A DNA stretch of 64,000 bases. Origin: Lama guanicoe (lineage: Eukaryota). How positions within the stretch are numbered: the first letter of the stretch is position 1; every line of letters starts with the position of its first letter. The stretch covers positions 7,585,352-7,649,351 of the forward strand of contig MU053934.1 of NCBI GenBank assembly GCA_013239625.1. Direction: 5' to 3'. Below the pieces are notes generated by a model that did not search any database, was not told the origin of the DNA, and saw only the letters and a list, made by a program, of their open reading frames with translations. A program made the translations under genes and the position numbers. Below are positions 12,724-24,330 of the stretch, piece after piece.

Positions 12724-15700
12724 CACGCATGTGCATAAATGAGTGAATGAGCATCTTTCCCCAAATATTCACAAGTTCAAGGGATGAAGTCTAAATGAGA
12801 CTGACATTAATTAAGCTCTTACTGTGTGCAGACACCTCCTAGACCTCTTTGTGCACCTCCCCCCCCCCTTTCAGTCCTTGCAAAGAGGCTCAGAGAGGTT
12901 AGATAACATGACCAGGGGCACCCAGCTGCCACATAATGGAGTCAGCATTAGAACCCATGTCTGCTTGACCCCTGCCTGGGCTCTCCCCACTTCGCCAGGC
13001 GTCTGCCCCTCCTGCCCGCCCTGCACGCACTGCCATGTCTGTGTCTGCACCGAGCATCTGACAGGGGGCCCGGGGGAGCATGACCGCACACTTGGCTTCT
13101 TCTGCTGGGCACTCACCGTGTGCCTGCTGTCACCCAGTCCCAATCTGGGGCATTTCTCCTCACAGTCCTGTGATGTGGGAACTCATTTACAGATCAGGAG
13201 CCCGGGCCCAGGGCGGCTGCGTCAGAACACGGCTCCACTCAGTGCAGAGGCTCTCAGCGCGCCATTTGAGGACACCAGGCTGGTCCCGGCTGCTCCCAGA
13301 CCTCAGGGCAGCCTTGGCCAGCAGGTGCCTGGATTCCTACCAGGGCTGTTGCTTGTTCAAGATACACCATCCTGCCAGGGCCTGGGCTCAAGACAATCGA
13401 GGGGACACGAGATGGGCCTAAAAGGAATTCTGGGCAGGGGACCCCTGGAAGGGAGCTCTGGGAGAGGACAGAAATTCCTCATGGCCGCTTCCCACCCCAC
13501 CTGCCCTGTCTAATGACGGAGGTGACCTCGGTGCAGACCGCATTTCATCAGGCTGGAGCGAGGGCCCTAGAGGGCACCTGTGCCCTGTGGGGGCTGCAGC
13601 CTCGGGAAGGGGAAGCTCGAAGTCCTCTCCAGGGAGGAAGGGGACGCTGGGTGGGCAGGGTGGAAGGCCGCCCCAAACCTGCCTGAGATGTGGCCACAGA
13701 GCTAGCCGTCTCGGAGGGCGCACGGACACTGGGCTCAGCTGCTGGGGAGCCCAAGGGAGCCTGACACAGCCCTGCACGCTTCTCCCCTCCTCCTGCCCAG
13801 CGGTTTCCATCAGGCTGTGTGGGTCAATCCGGGCTCCACACGCATGCCTGGTGGCTTCAGTAGGATCTCAGCTTCTTCTTCCGTAGTTCTGACAACGGTC
13901 ACCTAGCAAGGGCTTTATGAGGGTGGAGGTGATGGGTGTTAAGCACCATTGCCCCCTCTGGACTCACGGTTCCCGGCTCCGATGATGACAGCAGTGGTAC
14001 CAGCAGTGACCGCTGTGAGCGCGTGCTGTGCCAGGCACTTTCAGAGCACTGCACCTGCCCTGACTGATTTACTACTTGTGACGGTGCTGCGAGCTGGCTG
14101 TTACGAGTAGCGCCACCTCATTAGACAGATGAGGGAAAGAGGTCCAGGGCAGGGCAGTGACTTGGGCGAGGTCCCCCAGCTGGTGAGTGGCAGGACTGGA
14201 ACTCCGGCTCCGGGCTTCTGGCCTCTTCTCACAGCTTCTGGGCAGGAGCTGGGCTTAAGCACAGGGCTTGGCATGAGGACTGCTTGTTACAGGGATGGAG
14301 GGTGGAGTGGAATTTGCCAGGGCAGCGTGTTGATGGTGGTTTAGAGGGTGATGTTGTGGGCAGGAGGCTGTGCCAGAGAGAGGGAGCGGGGACTGGTGCA
14401 GGGAGCTGGCCCTGCATCTCTGCTCACCTGCTCACCAGGGCCACTCAGGGGATGCCAGCTCATTGTGGGGCAGCACTCAAGGCTGCTCCCCCAACAGTGT
14501 GGAGATGGAAACCCGGCACACACTACACGCAAGGAGGCCAAATGGGGCCAAGCCAGCTCTGGGCTTCTGGGGGCACTGGGAGCCCTGCGAGCAGGGCAAA
14601 CACGCAGCTTGGCACCTGGGCGTCTGCATCTCCCTGACGCAGCACCATCTCTCCTCAGCCTCTGTTTGCAGTATAAACACCCAGCTTCCTGCTCAAGGCT
14701 GTCCCATCCTGCCCATCTTCCCTCGGTGCCAGGAGAGAGTGGTGGGGGGTCCACTTGGCTTCCTCAGGCTCCTGGGCCCGTGTGTGGCTGATGTTTTGAA
14801 CACGAGCTTCAGAGGGGCCGTCCGAGTGGTACCAATGATCCTTGTCAAAGAGAGGAGGACAGCTGGGATAATGTGACCAGCTCCGGGCTAAGACAAGTCA
14901 GGCCAGAGGGTGCAGATACAGCCTAGAAGGATGGGTCTGACCGCAGGCACATGGAGCAGGGGCACAGGCAAAGGCGGGAGGTGGGAGGTACTGGATCACA
15001 TTTATCGGAAACACTGGGGCCCTGGAGCCCATGGCACCACCTGGCTTCCAGTTTCATTGGAGCAAGTGAGTTGCTGTGCGCTCTCTGCTGGTGCCTGCGT
15101 GAGGGCAGACACTGCGCTGCCTCCACCTTTTCCTCCCTTGCTGATTCTTTTTGGTCAACACCCAACATAAACAAGCTCCTCCTGCTCTGTGCCAGGCGCC
15201 TGTTGGAAGGACAGATCAAGCTCTGGGAGGCAGGCGTGTAAAACCCATCTAACAGATGAGGAAACTAAGGCTCCGACGTGGGGTCCAGACCTGCCCAAGG
15301 TCACTCTGGCAGCAAGTGGCAGGTCCGGGATTTGAACCTGGTCCCAATAAGCTCCAAGGCTCTGCCGGCTCCAGGAAGCTGTGACAGCTCTGGAATTGCC
15401 CCCCATCTGAGAGCCTGTCTGCCCTCATGCCTCCTTCTTGAAGTTGCTGGTGTTTGGCCACTGTTCCCTGGAGTCCAGACTCAGGTGACCAGCCAGGGTG
15501 GACATCAACCCAGGCCAGCCCTCACAGGGGCCGACTCTCATCTATGAAGCCTCCCCATGACAGTGGGAGCACTGGCAGATGGGATGCTTTCTGGTCTCAC
15601 CAGGTGGGTGTCGAGAGGGCATCATGGTTGAGCAGAGGCCCAGCTCAGGCTCCTGGAGGGAGAGGCCGAGGCCTGGGGAGAGGAGGTCTAACCAGAACTC

Positions 15701-18244
15701 CCCGCTCCACCCCATGGCCATGACATTCACTCATAGCATCTCTTGGAGCATGGACAGGGGCAGGAGGAGAGAGTGTGGGGCTGGGCACCTGTGTCCCTAG
15801 TCCTGGTCCCATCTCTGCCTCTGACGTGCTGTGTGCCCTTCGGTAAGCTGCCTCCCTTTGTTTTCCCATCTGTGAAATGGGGGTAACCTCAGCTTTGTTA
15901 AGGGGGCCTGAGAATAAAATACAGCTTTTTCCCAACACGTTTCAGACACTGGCTCCTCCTAGACAAAGAGAATGTGGGTTGGCTGCCTTTCCAGTGTCTG
16001 GGGGCCCTCCTGCCGCTCAGAACTTTTTCACTCTGAAAAGGGAGCAGCAGGAGGATGGGGAAGGGCAGAGGCCCCACCCATCACCTTCCTTCACCTGTCA
16101 GCAGGCTGACCAGGCAGAGGGGGAAGTGAAGCCTCAGAGAACCCGGAAGGTCTCCACGGAGGTGATTCTGGAGTCAGGGCTGGGTTCTCTTATCTTCATC
16201 TCAAAGCCAAGGGCAAGGGACAGCTTCTTGAGGCCACCGGCTTCTCTGTGAAGTCAGGTGTCCCCCTGTCTAGCCCTCAGCTGCCTCTGGGGGCACAGTC
16301 AGGATGGGACAGAGGTCCTGCTGCCAGGAGCCAAATAGAGCTGTCCGGAAGGGCCAGCCAGGTGCCCATCCATGGGAGAAGCAGTCTGCCAAGTGGACCC
16401 ACAAAGGAGCCACACAAGCTCCCATCTCCCATCCTGAGCTTCCTTAGCCATTAGGTGCCCGTCTGGGCTGCCTGCTGGCTGGCACCTGCGGTGAGTGCTA
16501 CAGGTGCTGAGAGGGGGCTTTGACCTGAGTGATGCTTAGGACCCTCCTCTGCGAAAAGGCCTGCTCCTGCTGAACGCTGAGGGGACAGTGAGTGGCTGAA
16601 TGTAGATCATTCCAGTGGAGGGAGCTACCTTCTACAGACATCTGATTGTCACTCTGTTGGGTTGATTTGACTAATATAGACAATTTCAAAGGAGGCCTGG
16701 ATCTCCAGCCTCAGCTTCCTGATTTGTAATGGGGCGGGCAGGATCCCCCGGCACTGACCCTTCCCTGCCGCCTGTAGCCGTGAGCCTGGGGCTGGGGTCC
16801 CACCCTGCCGGCCTGGCGTCTGTGCCTGAGGACGAGTGGGGAGCAGCTGGACGCAGGTTTGCCAAGGCTGCTGCTGGCGCGCCCTCTGGCTGCCTCGGGG
16901 CGATGAAAGGAGCTGATGGCTTGGCAGCGGCTCCCAGGGAAGGCAGCAGCCAGGCTGGTGGCCCGGCGGCGGGGATGGTAGGAGGGGGCTGCCAGGGAGG
17001 AGAACAAAGCCCTGAGGGTGCTGGGCTCTGGGGGCAACAGAAGGTGGGATGTGGGCGTGGGCGGGGTTCTGGGCCTGACTCGGAGGGGGTGGCCCACAGG
17101 GAGGCCGTGGCATGGGCCTCCCTCATGGCTGTGTGAGCCCAAGCAGGTCACTCATTCTTTCCGAGCCTCAGTTTTCACACCTGTACAACTGGGACAGTAA
17201 TACCTACATCACTGTTCACTGCTGTACCCTGGTGTTTACAAAAGGGGCTGGCACAAAGTAGGTGCTCAGTAAACAATTTTGGAGGCAATGAATGAAACAT
17301 GAGAGAGTGGCGATTGGGATTGGCACAATGCCTGGCGCATGGTATTTTTAGAGAAGCAATATCTTTGTGGCTTTTTCACCAAGGGTAGAGGACTGAGCTA
17401 GCCTGGTAATCCCAGAGCCAATGAGAAGGAAGTTGGTAGATGTGTTTGAGAATAGGGTGAGGGTGGGGCACGGAGCAAGGCTGGAGATGTCCCTAGCATC
17501 AGGACATGCAGACTTGAGGGCCATGGCTGGACTCTGTCCTGAGAACAGGGGGAAAGGCCCAGATGGCTGGGGATGAGCAGGACTGCTGGGGACACCAGGA
17601 GGCTGCTGGTGACCCTGGCGGGCCTGAGGAGGGGCTGGGGAGGCGGGGAAGCAGAGAGAGCGCGTGTGCAGCCTTTTTCAGGAAGCTTGGTTGAGAAGGG
17701 GGAAGACGGGCAGTAGCTGGTGTGTGATGAGGGAAGGACAGAGGTCTTATTTCTTAGGTCAGGAGACACGAGCAGGTATAAATGCAGGCGGAGAGACACT
17801 GGTCCACTGGGGGTGCTGTAGAAGATGTAGAGAAGGGGATCCTGGCTAGAAGGGTCCCTGAACGAGGCAGAGCTGGAGGGGCAGCTTCTGAAAGGGGGCT
17901 TCAGGATGGGCTGCAGCTTTGGGTTTAGGCCAGGGGGACTTCGGCGGCTCAGAGGGGTAAAAAGACTGATCACCTTCTAGGCGGGGAAGTAGAGGCACCC
18001 GAGAGCTGTGGGGAGGCGGCAGGTTTCTGGGGAGAGAGGGCATTGTGGAGGGTCCTTGGAGCTCCGCTGGACCATGGTGAGGCCCGAGTGGCACTAGACT
18101 CCACCCCGCGGGGAAGTGACTGTGGCTGTTACACAGGGCAGGGCAGAGCTGCCGGCTGGGACCGTGGGCAGGTAGGAGTGCAGCCGGTCCAGTAGGTCCT
18201 TCGGGAGCGGCAGGCAGGCAATGTTTGTAGGGCCAGCCCTTCAC

Positions 18245-18345
18245 AATGGCTGCCTGGGGCCCTGTGCAAGGATTCTGAGGCGGCATCCTGGCTAACAGGA
18301 AAGAGCAGTGCTATCGATTAGTGATGTCTGCTCGGGGCACACAGT
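18245..18345. mobile_element. hAT-type MER remnant (subfamily not determined)
   Basis: ggctgcctgg...aaggattctgaggc...ggaaagagcagtgctatcgattagtgatgtctgc resembles an ancient MER consensus. Confidence 0.5.
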
Positions 18346-18857
18346 GGAAGGTGTGGGGCTTGAGCTGCTTCTGTGCTGTCCCTCCGGCCCAGGCAGCAGC
18401 AGAGAGCCAGGGGCCAGGGATGGGATTGTGCCAGAACTTGTGTCCCTCCAGCCTTACCCGGGATTCAAGGTGTGACTTTGGGCAAATCCATTCTCTCAGC
18501 CCCAGCCTCTTATCTGTAAACTGGAAATAATAATGCCACTTTTCTGGGTGATTATGAGGATTAAGGGCATAACGTGTGTGCTCAAACAGCAACTTTTGTC
18601 GTCTCTGTGATGGGCTGCAGCGGTGGGGTGGTGCTGGCGAGCATGGGAATGGGAGTCAGGCGGGACACTGGATGAATGATGTTCCGCTGGGGTGGTGGCC
18701 TGGGGACTGCATGTGCACACACATCTTCCTCATCCCCTCGGCTGTCTGCAGAGCACTGTCTGGGATGGAAGCGTGGGTCATGAAGATCTGGGCAGTTGTA
18801 ATGCACCTTTTGGCCGGGTCACCCAACAGCTCCAACCCTACTTTAAAATAAAATAAG

Positions 18858-19130
18858 GAGGGGGTGGGGGAGGGATAAATCAGGAGTTTGGGATTAGCAG
18901 ATACAAACTACTGTATGTAAAATAGATAAATAACAAGGTCCTACTTATAGTACAGGGAACCCTAGTCAAGGTCCTGTAATAAAACATAATGGAAAAGAAT
19001 ATGAAAAGGAATATATATATATATTACATATATGTATAACTGAATCACTTTGCTGTACACCAGAAACTAACACAACCTTGTAAATCAACTATACTCTAAT
19101 TAAAAACTAAAATAAAATAAAGTAAAATAG
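18858..19130 (+). mobile_element. L1 3' end, cetartiodactyl type (L1_Art-like)
   Basis: ggggagggataaatcaggagtttgggattagcagatacaaactact...aactgaatcactttgctgtacaccagaaactaacacaac plus an A-rich tail, with possible aaaataaaataagg-like target-site duplications. Confidence 0.85.
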
Positions 19131-22100
19131 GTGATAATCCTGATGAACTGGAGCAGTAAGATTTATCAGCAGCCCTGTGGCCTCTGGCATCAACCATCCT
19201 GGATGGAGAAATCACAAAAGTCTGTTTTCAGCTCCTTCGCCTCCACCCTTGGCCCTCCTCTTCAGGAACTGTTTAGTCTTCCCTCTAATCAGAAGACAGA
19301 GTATTCCCCCTCCTATGTTTCTTTCTCAATCTGGGCCTTAGTTTCTTCTTTGTACAGTATGGGAAAAGGGTGAGTTTGGAATAGAAGGGCACTGAGATCT
19401 CTCCCTACTTTGATGATTCTGACTCAAAACTGCTGTTAGGAGAGGGCTGGAAACATTCAGACTAGAGTGTGAATGATTGCCTCAGCAGCAGCACAACAGG
19501 ATTTTGCTGGCTTCTTTCCTGACTCCATGCCTGCCCAAGAGCTGCATTTGGTTTCAGCGCTGGTCTGGATGCCATACTTTGTGCGGAGAGAGAGCCTGGG
19601 GCTCATCCAGAGAAGAGGACCGAGATGGGCAGGGGTTGTGTGGCCAGGTTAGCTGAGGGACATTTACAGGATGAGGCTGTGAGTCTGGGGAGGAGAGGAC
19701 TCAGGGAGTTCTGCTGATGGCCGTAGGGCTCCTCTGGACCATCCTGGAAGGAGCCAAGGGTGCAATCCTGGAGGTGGATGGGGAACAAGAGGGGAAGAAA
19801 CTCAAGCTTAACAGAAGGAAGAACCTGACAGGTAAGACCCAAAAGATGGAAGAGGCCCCTGGGCAAGTGAGGAGCCACGGGCATGGGAGAGGTACAAATA
19901 GAGGTATGAGCGCCCTTGCAGGAATGCAGGGGAGGGGCTTCCTTTCAGAAGGAGGGGGTCTGGGGGGCCATCTGCATGAGGTGGCTGGCACCCCTACCCC
20001 GACTGCGATGCCTCCCTGGGATTTTGCCTCTCACTAAGGATAACAGCTCTCCAGTGGGGAGACTGCAGGCATCAGCAGAAGTGCGTGGGGGAGCACCTCC
20101 CGGGGTTTCTCTGTCTAATACATCTGGTGCATTTAGTATCTGCTGAATACCTGCTGGGTAGTGGGAGTGGAGCTGGCACCCAGCAGTGAACAGGATGGGG
20201 ACACCAGTGGTCAAGGAGGCACGGGGGCAGAGGCCTGCCAGGTCTCCTGGGGACCATCACTGACGTGTGATTGCTGAGAGTCACAGCCAGAACTAGGTGG
20301 TCCCACTTGGTTGGCACTCCCAGGCTTAGGACCCTGTCACTGGCCATGGGCCAAAGTAGAGGCAGAACAGTTACAGTCCCATGGTGGGTCCAGGAGGGGT
20401 TCGTTGCCTGGATAAGTGCATCCTGGGTGGGATGGGCAGAGCTCCCCTCCCCTACCTCCAACTCCCACCAGCAGGATGCAGCTAAAGAGCAATGGGGAGC
20501 CACTGAGGGTTCCCAAGCCATGGAGGGATACCCTGACTGCAGAGAGCAGAGAGCGAGCCTCGGGAAGGCCATGAGGGTAGGAGGGCTTGGATTCAGGAGG
20601 CAGGTGGGAAGGACTCGGGGTGCCTCCAGATGCAGGAGTTTTAGGCCTTGGAAGGAGATGCCTGTTCTGAGCTGGTTCTGGTAACTTCACCTCCCAGCTC
20701 TCTGCTCTCTGGGGCATTCGTCTGGGGTCTGGACTACCCTGGGGGCCCTGCTCACTGCTTGATCCCAGCCAGGGTACCTGTGCCAGGACTCAAGCTGGTG
20801 TCCTGGGCACCTTATCACCCAAGCCTCCTACAGGTCTCCTGACGTGGGTCGGGGCAGCAGGGGGCTGGATCCAGGCCAGGACTTCCCTCACTCACCCCTT
20901 TCATGGGTCCTAGGAGCAAACCCTGCTTTCTTCCCTCTGTTTTCATGTTTGGCTCCAGCATCCCTGCTGGGGTCAGACAGCCTTGGACCTGGTGCTCCCA
21001 CCACTAGTCATGGCATCTGGGCCCTTTGTGGGGTTCTTGTGAGGTTGGGTCACCCGTGTCCCAGTGCCCACAAATGCAAGCTGCTTTTGGACAGGGTGGT
21101 CAGGGTAGGACAGCCCTCTAGGGGGTGAGAGAGGAAGACACAGGGCACCCAGCAAATGCCAGAGCCACCTGGAGGGGTCTGGTGAACTCCGGCAGTGGAG
21201 CCAACTACCCCCAAAGCTGGAAGGCATGGCCTTCAGGATCCGCTGATGGTCTGTGCTTCGCCAGATCCCACCAGGACCCCAGGAGGCGGGCAGTACTTTC
21301 ACTTGTTTTTCAGAGCAGGATGCAGACCTCAGGGACATGGAGGCAATCATGAGTCAGCTGGAGGGGTCTGCTGGTGGGCTGTGGCCCCCACTGTGTCTCA
21401 GGTAGCCGTGGCCTACCACTCTACCCTGGGCTGGTGTGCAGACAGTGAGGACTGAATGAGGAGACACACGTAAGGTGCCTGGGGCTTACTATTACCAGTA
21501 AGTCTTGGAGCCCTGGCCATTTTATCTCCAGGGTCCCTCTTCACCAGTCCTCCGTGCGCCCCCCCCACTTCACAGCGTCCACTGCCGAGAGATCTGCCCA
21601 GGCTCCACCCACCCTTCCCTGGGCTCTGCTCTGGGGTCACGGGTGGTGCTGGGAGAGATGCCACTTCTGTCTCCGTCTCTCATGAGCCCCTCCCTCCTTC
21701 ACCCCAGGGTTTCCTTTGGTTCGTGTCTCTAGGACTTTGCTTACTCAGCCCCTTCCCCCTAAATGCTCTCTTTCCTCTGCCTTATCACCTGGCACTGTCT
21801 GAGCACCTCCCCTTCTCTGCCGTCACGAGGGATGAGAGGACCCCTGTGAGCCCCTAGCCTGTGTTCCCCTCTGCTCAGCAGTGTGTGGTCATGGTTAATT
21901 TCCAGGACCCCACCTTCTGGGCCCCTTGCTCAAGGGCAAGGCCAGCTCTGAGGCCCTCTGTGTCTCTGGTTTTGCCTCGCGCAGAGGAGGTGGCCATGAT
22001 ATCTGTGGAAGTTAATTGAATATGAACCACCTCCTGGCCTGCCTTACATTGCACCCATTTTCTCAGAAAAGGAAACCACAGTTCGAGAGCTGAAATGTGG

Positions 22101-22254
22101 TATCCAAGAGCCCACAGGGAGTATAGGCAGTGCAGAGACAGGAGCCCTGGGCAGGCCCAGCTTCGTCTGTTCCCACTTCTTTGATATCCAGGAGGTCGGA
22201 AGAAGTGGCAGCCAGGGAAGGACCAGAGAAGGCTGCGGGGCAGGGCTGGGCGCG

Positions 22255-22275
22255 GTCAGGACCCTGGACAGCTCA
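22255..22275 (+). promoter_or_regulatory. RE1/NRSE-like REST site (candidate)
   Basis: gTCAGgACCctGGACAGCtCa compared with the consensus TTCAGCACCnnGGACAGCnCC. Half-site spacing is correct, with one core deviation (C>G at position 6). Confidence 0.5.
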
Positions 22276-23959
22276 GCAGAGCTCAGCCACTCCTGGCAGT
22301 GCTCGGACGGTACCTAGATTTGTTGGGGGCCTTTAGTGGGGTTGGAAGGTGCTGGTCTGACACCTGGCAGGAGCAGGGTGAGTGGAGGGGAGAATAGGTG
22401 TCCTGGAGTTTGAAGATTGGCCTTGTAGTCCCAACTTTACCATACACTAGCTGGACAGGTCTCAGAAAAAAAAAAAAAACTCTTGGAGCCTCAGTTTCTT
22501 CATCTGTAAAATGGGCCTTCTGGTCTCCCTTCACAGGCAACGTTGCCCCTAGCTGAGATCCCAGCCAGACTGTTGTGAGAAATAAACCAGCTATTAGGAA
22601 TCTGGAAAAATTCTCTAGAAACAATTAAGTGCTCACAGGCAGCAAGTGAAGGGCGGGGCCATGGGTGCAGGTCCCGGCTCCTGCAGCCTGTAGGGGGTGG
22701 ATGGCCCTGCCTGGCCTTGGCCTCTGTCTTGGTCCTGGGGACTCCAGTCCTGGTGCTGCATCGCCTGGGGCAGGGAACACCATTCCTGAAGCATATTTTG
22801 GGTCAACTGTCCAGTGACAAAAGCCTCACCCTCTGCCAGGGGCAGACCCCTGTAGAATAATCAGTGAAGTATCTGGAGGCCCTGCCCTGCACGTGGCCTT
22901 CTGGGTGATGGCCTGAGGACCAGATGGCGGGAGTGCCTTGGAAACGGGGTAGAGGATTCATCTGGACAGCAGCCTGACCAGGCCCTCCGCTAGGGGCAGG
23001 AGGAGGGGCTCCTGGGGTCTTTCCGCATCTCGTCACTCATCTTTGAACAAGCTCAGGTGCTGCTATGTCACTTTTCTGCTCAGGCTGAGAAAACTGAGGC
23101 TCAGAGAAACATGGGCTGCCCCAAGGTCCCAAGCAAGTTATGACAGAACTGGGCTAGAATCCATATCCCCAGACTTGGTGTCTAGAACTGTGACTGTGTT
23201 AACAGCCTCTATGACGTGCTGAGTGTCACCTGTGTACCAGGCACAATACGTGCACTGCCCTCGGGGCAGAGCTTATTGTACCAGCTTTACAATAATAAGA
23301 ATAGAACAGACTGAGTTTCACTCACAAGCTGTAAGTGGCAGAGGCAGGATTTGAACAAGTGATCAGGGCACAGTTCAAAAGTTGGGGTAGTCATTGCAGG
23401 CTGTGCCCGAGCCTAACCAGAGGTGAGCAGGGTGTGGCTTTTCCATCCTGGACTCTGGGCCAAGAGGAAGGCTCGGGATGAGGCTCACACCAGACGGCTG
23501 CATTGATACTGAGCTGCTTCTAGGCTATGTCAGGATCCAGACAGACCTATGCCGGCAGGCGGAGACCTTGGAAGGGCTGATGGGGCAGAGGTGAGGATGC
23601 AAAGCTAGACTTCATCCTTCCAGTCCCAGCTGGGGTCACCTCCTCAGGGAGCCTCTCCCAACCTCCATGGCCCATGATGTCATCCACCTCCCCTAAAATC
23701 TTCTGGCCTCTTCTGCCAGGGTGATCCCGGGCCCTGACATGGTGCCTGACATGCTGAATAATAACTGTGTCCTGTAGGCTGGCTCTGAGGACCCAAGGAG
23801 AGAGTGAAAACGTGGCACTCTGTCAACAAGTCACTAGAGTCCTGCATGGCCGTGCCTCCAGCTCATCCCAGCCCCTGCCCTACATGCACCCCACATTCTG
23901 CTCGCACCCCTCCCTGAATGTCCCCCTCTCCATCCCTCACGATATCCTGATGATTATAG

Positions 23960-24330
23960 AAAACTTCAAGATGACAAAAAGGTCCCATAAGTTAAAAACC
24001 CCCATAATCTTATCCTGAGGGCGGACAGTTTGCTCCAAATACCACCCATTTCCATTTTTCTCCCTTTTCCTATTTCTCATGTTTCAAAACCCGGAGTCAG
24101 GTGCACTCTCGTGGAACCCACTTCCCTTATTCATGCGATGTGTGGTGAGCATGGACATCACTTCTCCTGCCATGTCACAGTTCAGCAACATGATCTGGCT
24201 GCTTGAAATTCCCCGGACATACCATAATATAAAAAACCAGTCCCCTCTGGTTGGGCATCTAGCTTGTTTCCGATTTGAGGCTATTATAGACAGCCTGCAG
24301 TTATTGCCCAGGATACCTTCTGGGAAAGTG
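23960..24330 (-). mobile_element. Old L1 (L1ME-like) 3' fragment
   Basis: ataccataat...aaccagtcccctctggttgggcatctagcttgtttcc...gctattata resembles an antisense L1ME 3' region. Confidence 0.6.

Noticed and set aside
22536..22547. Perfect 12-bp palindrome GGCAACGTTGCC
   Set aside because: Palindromes of this size are expected by chance in 64 kb, and it lies at a MIR edge.
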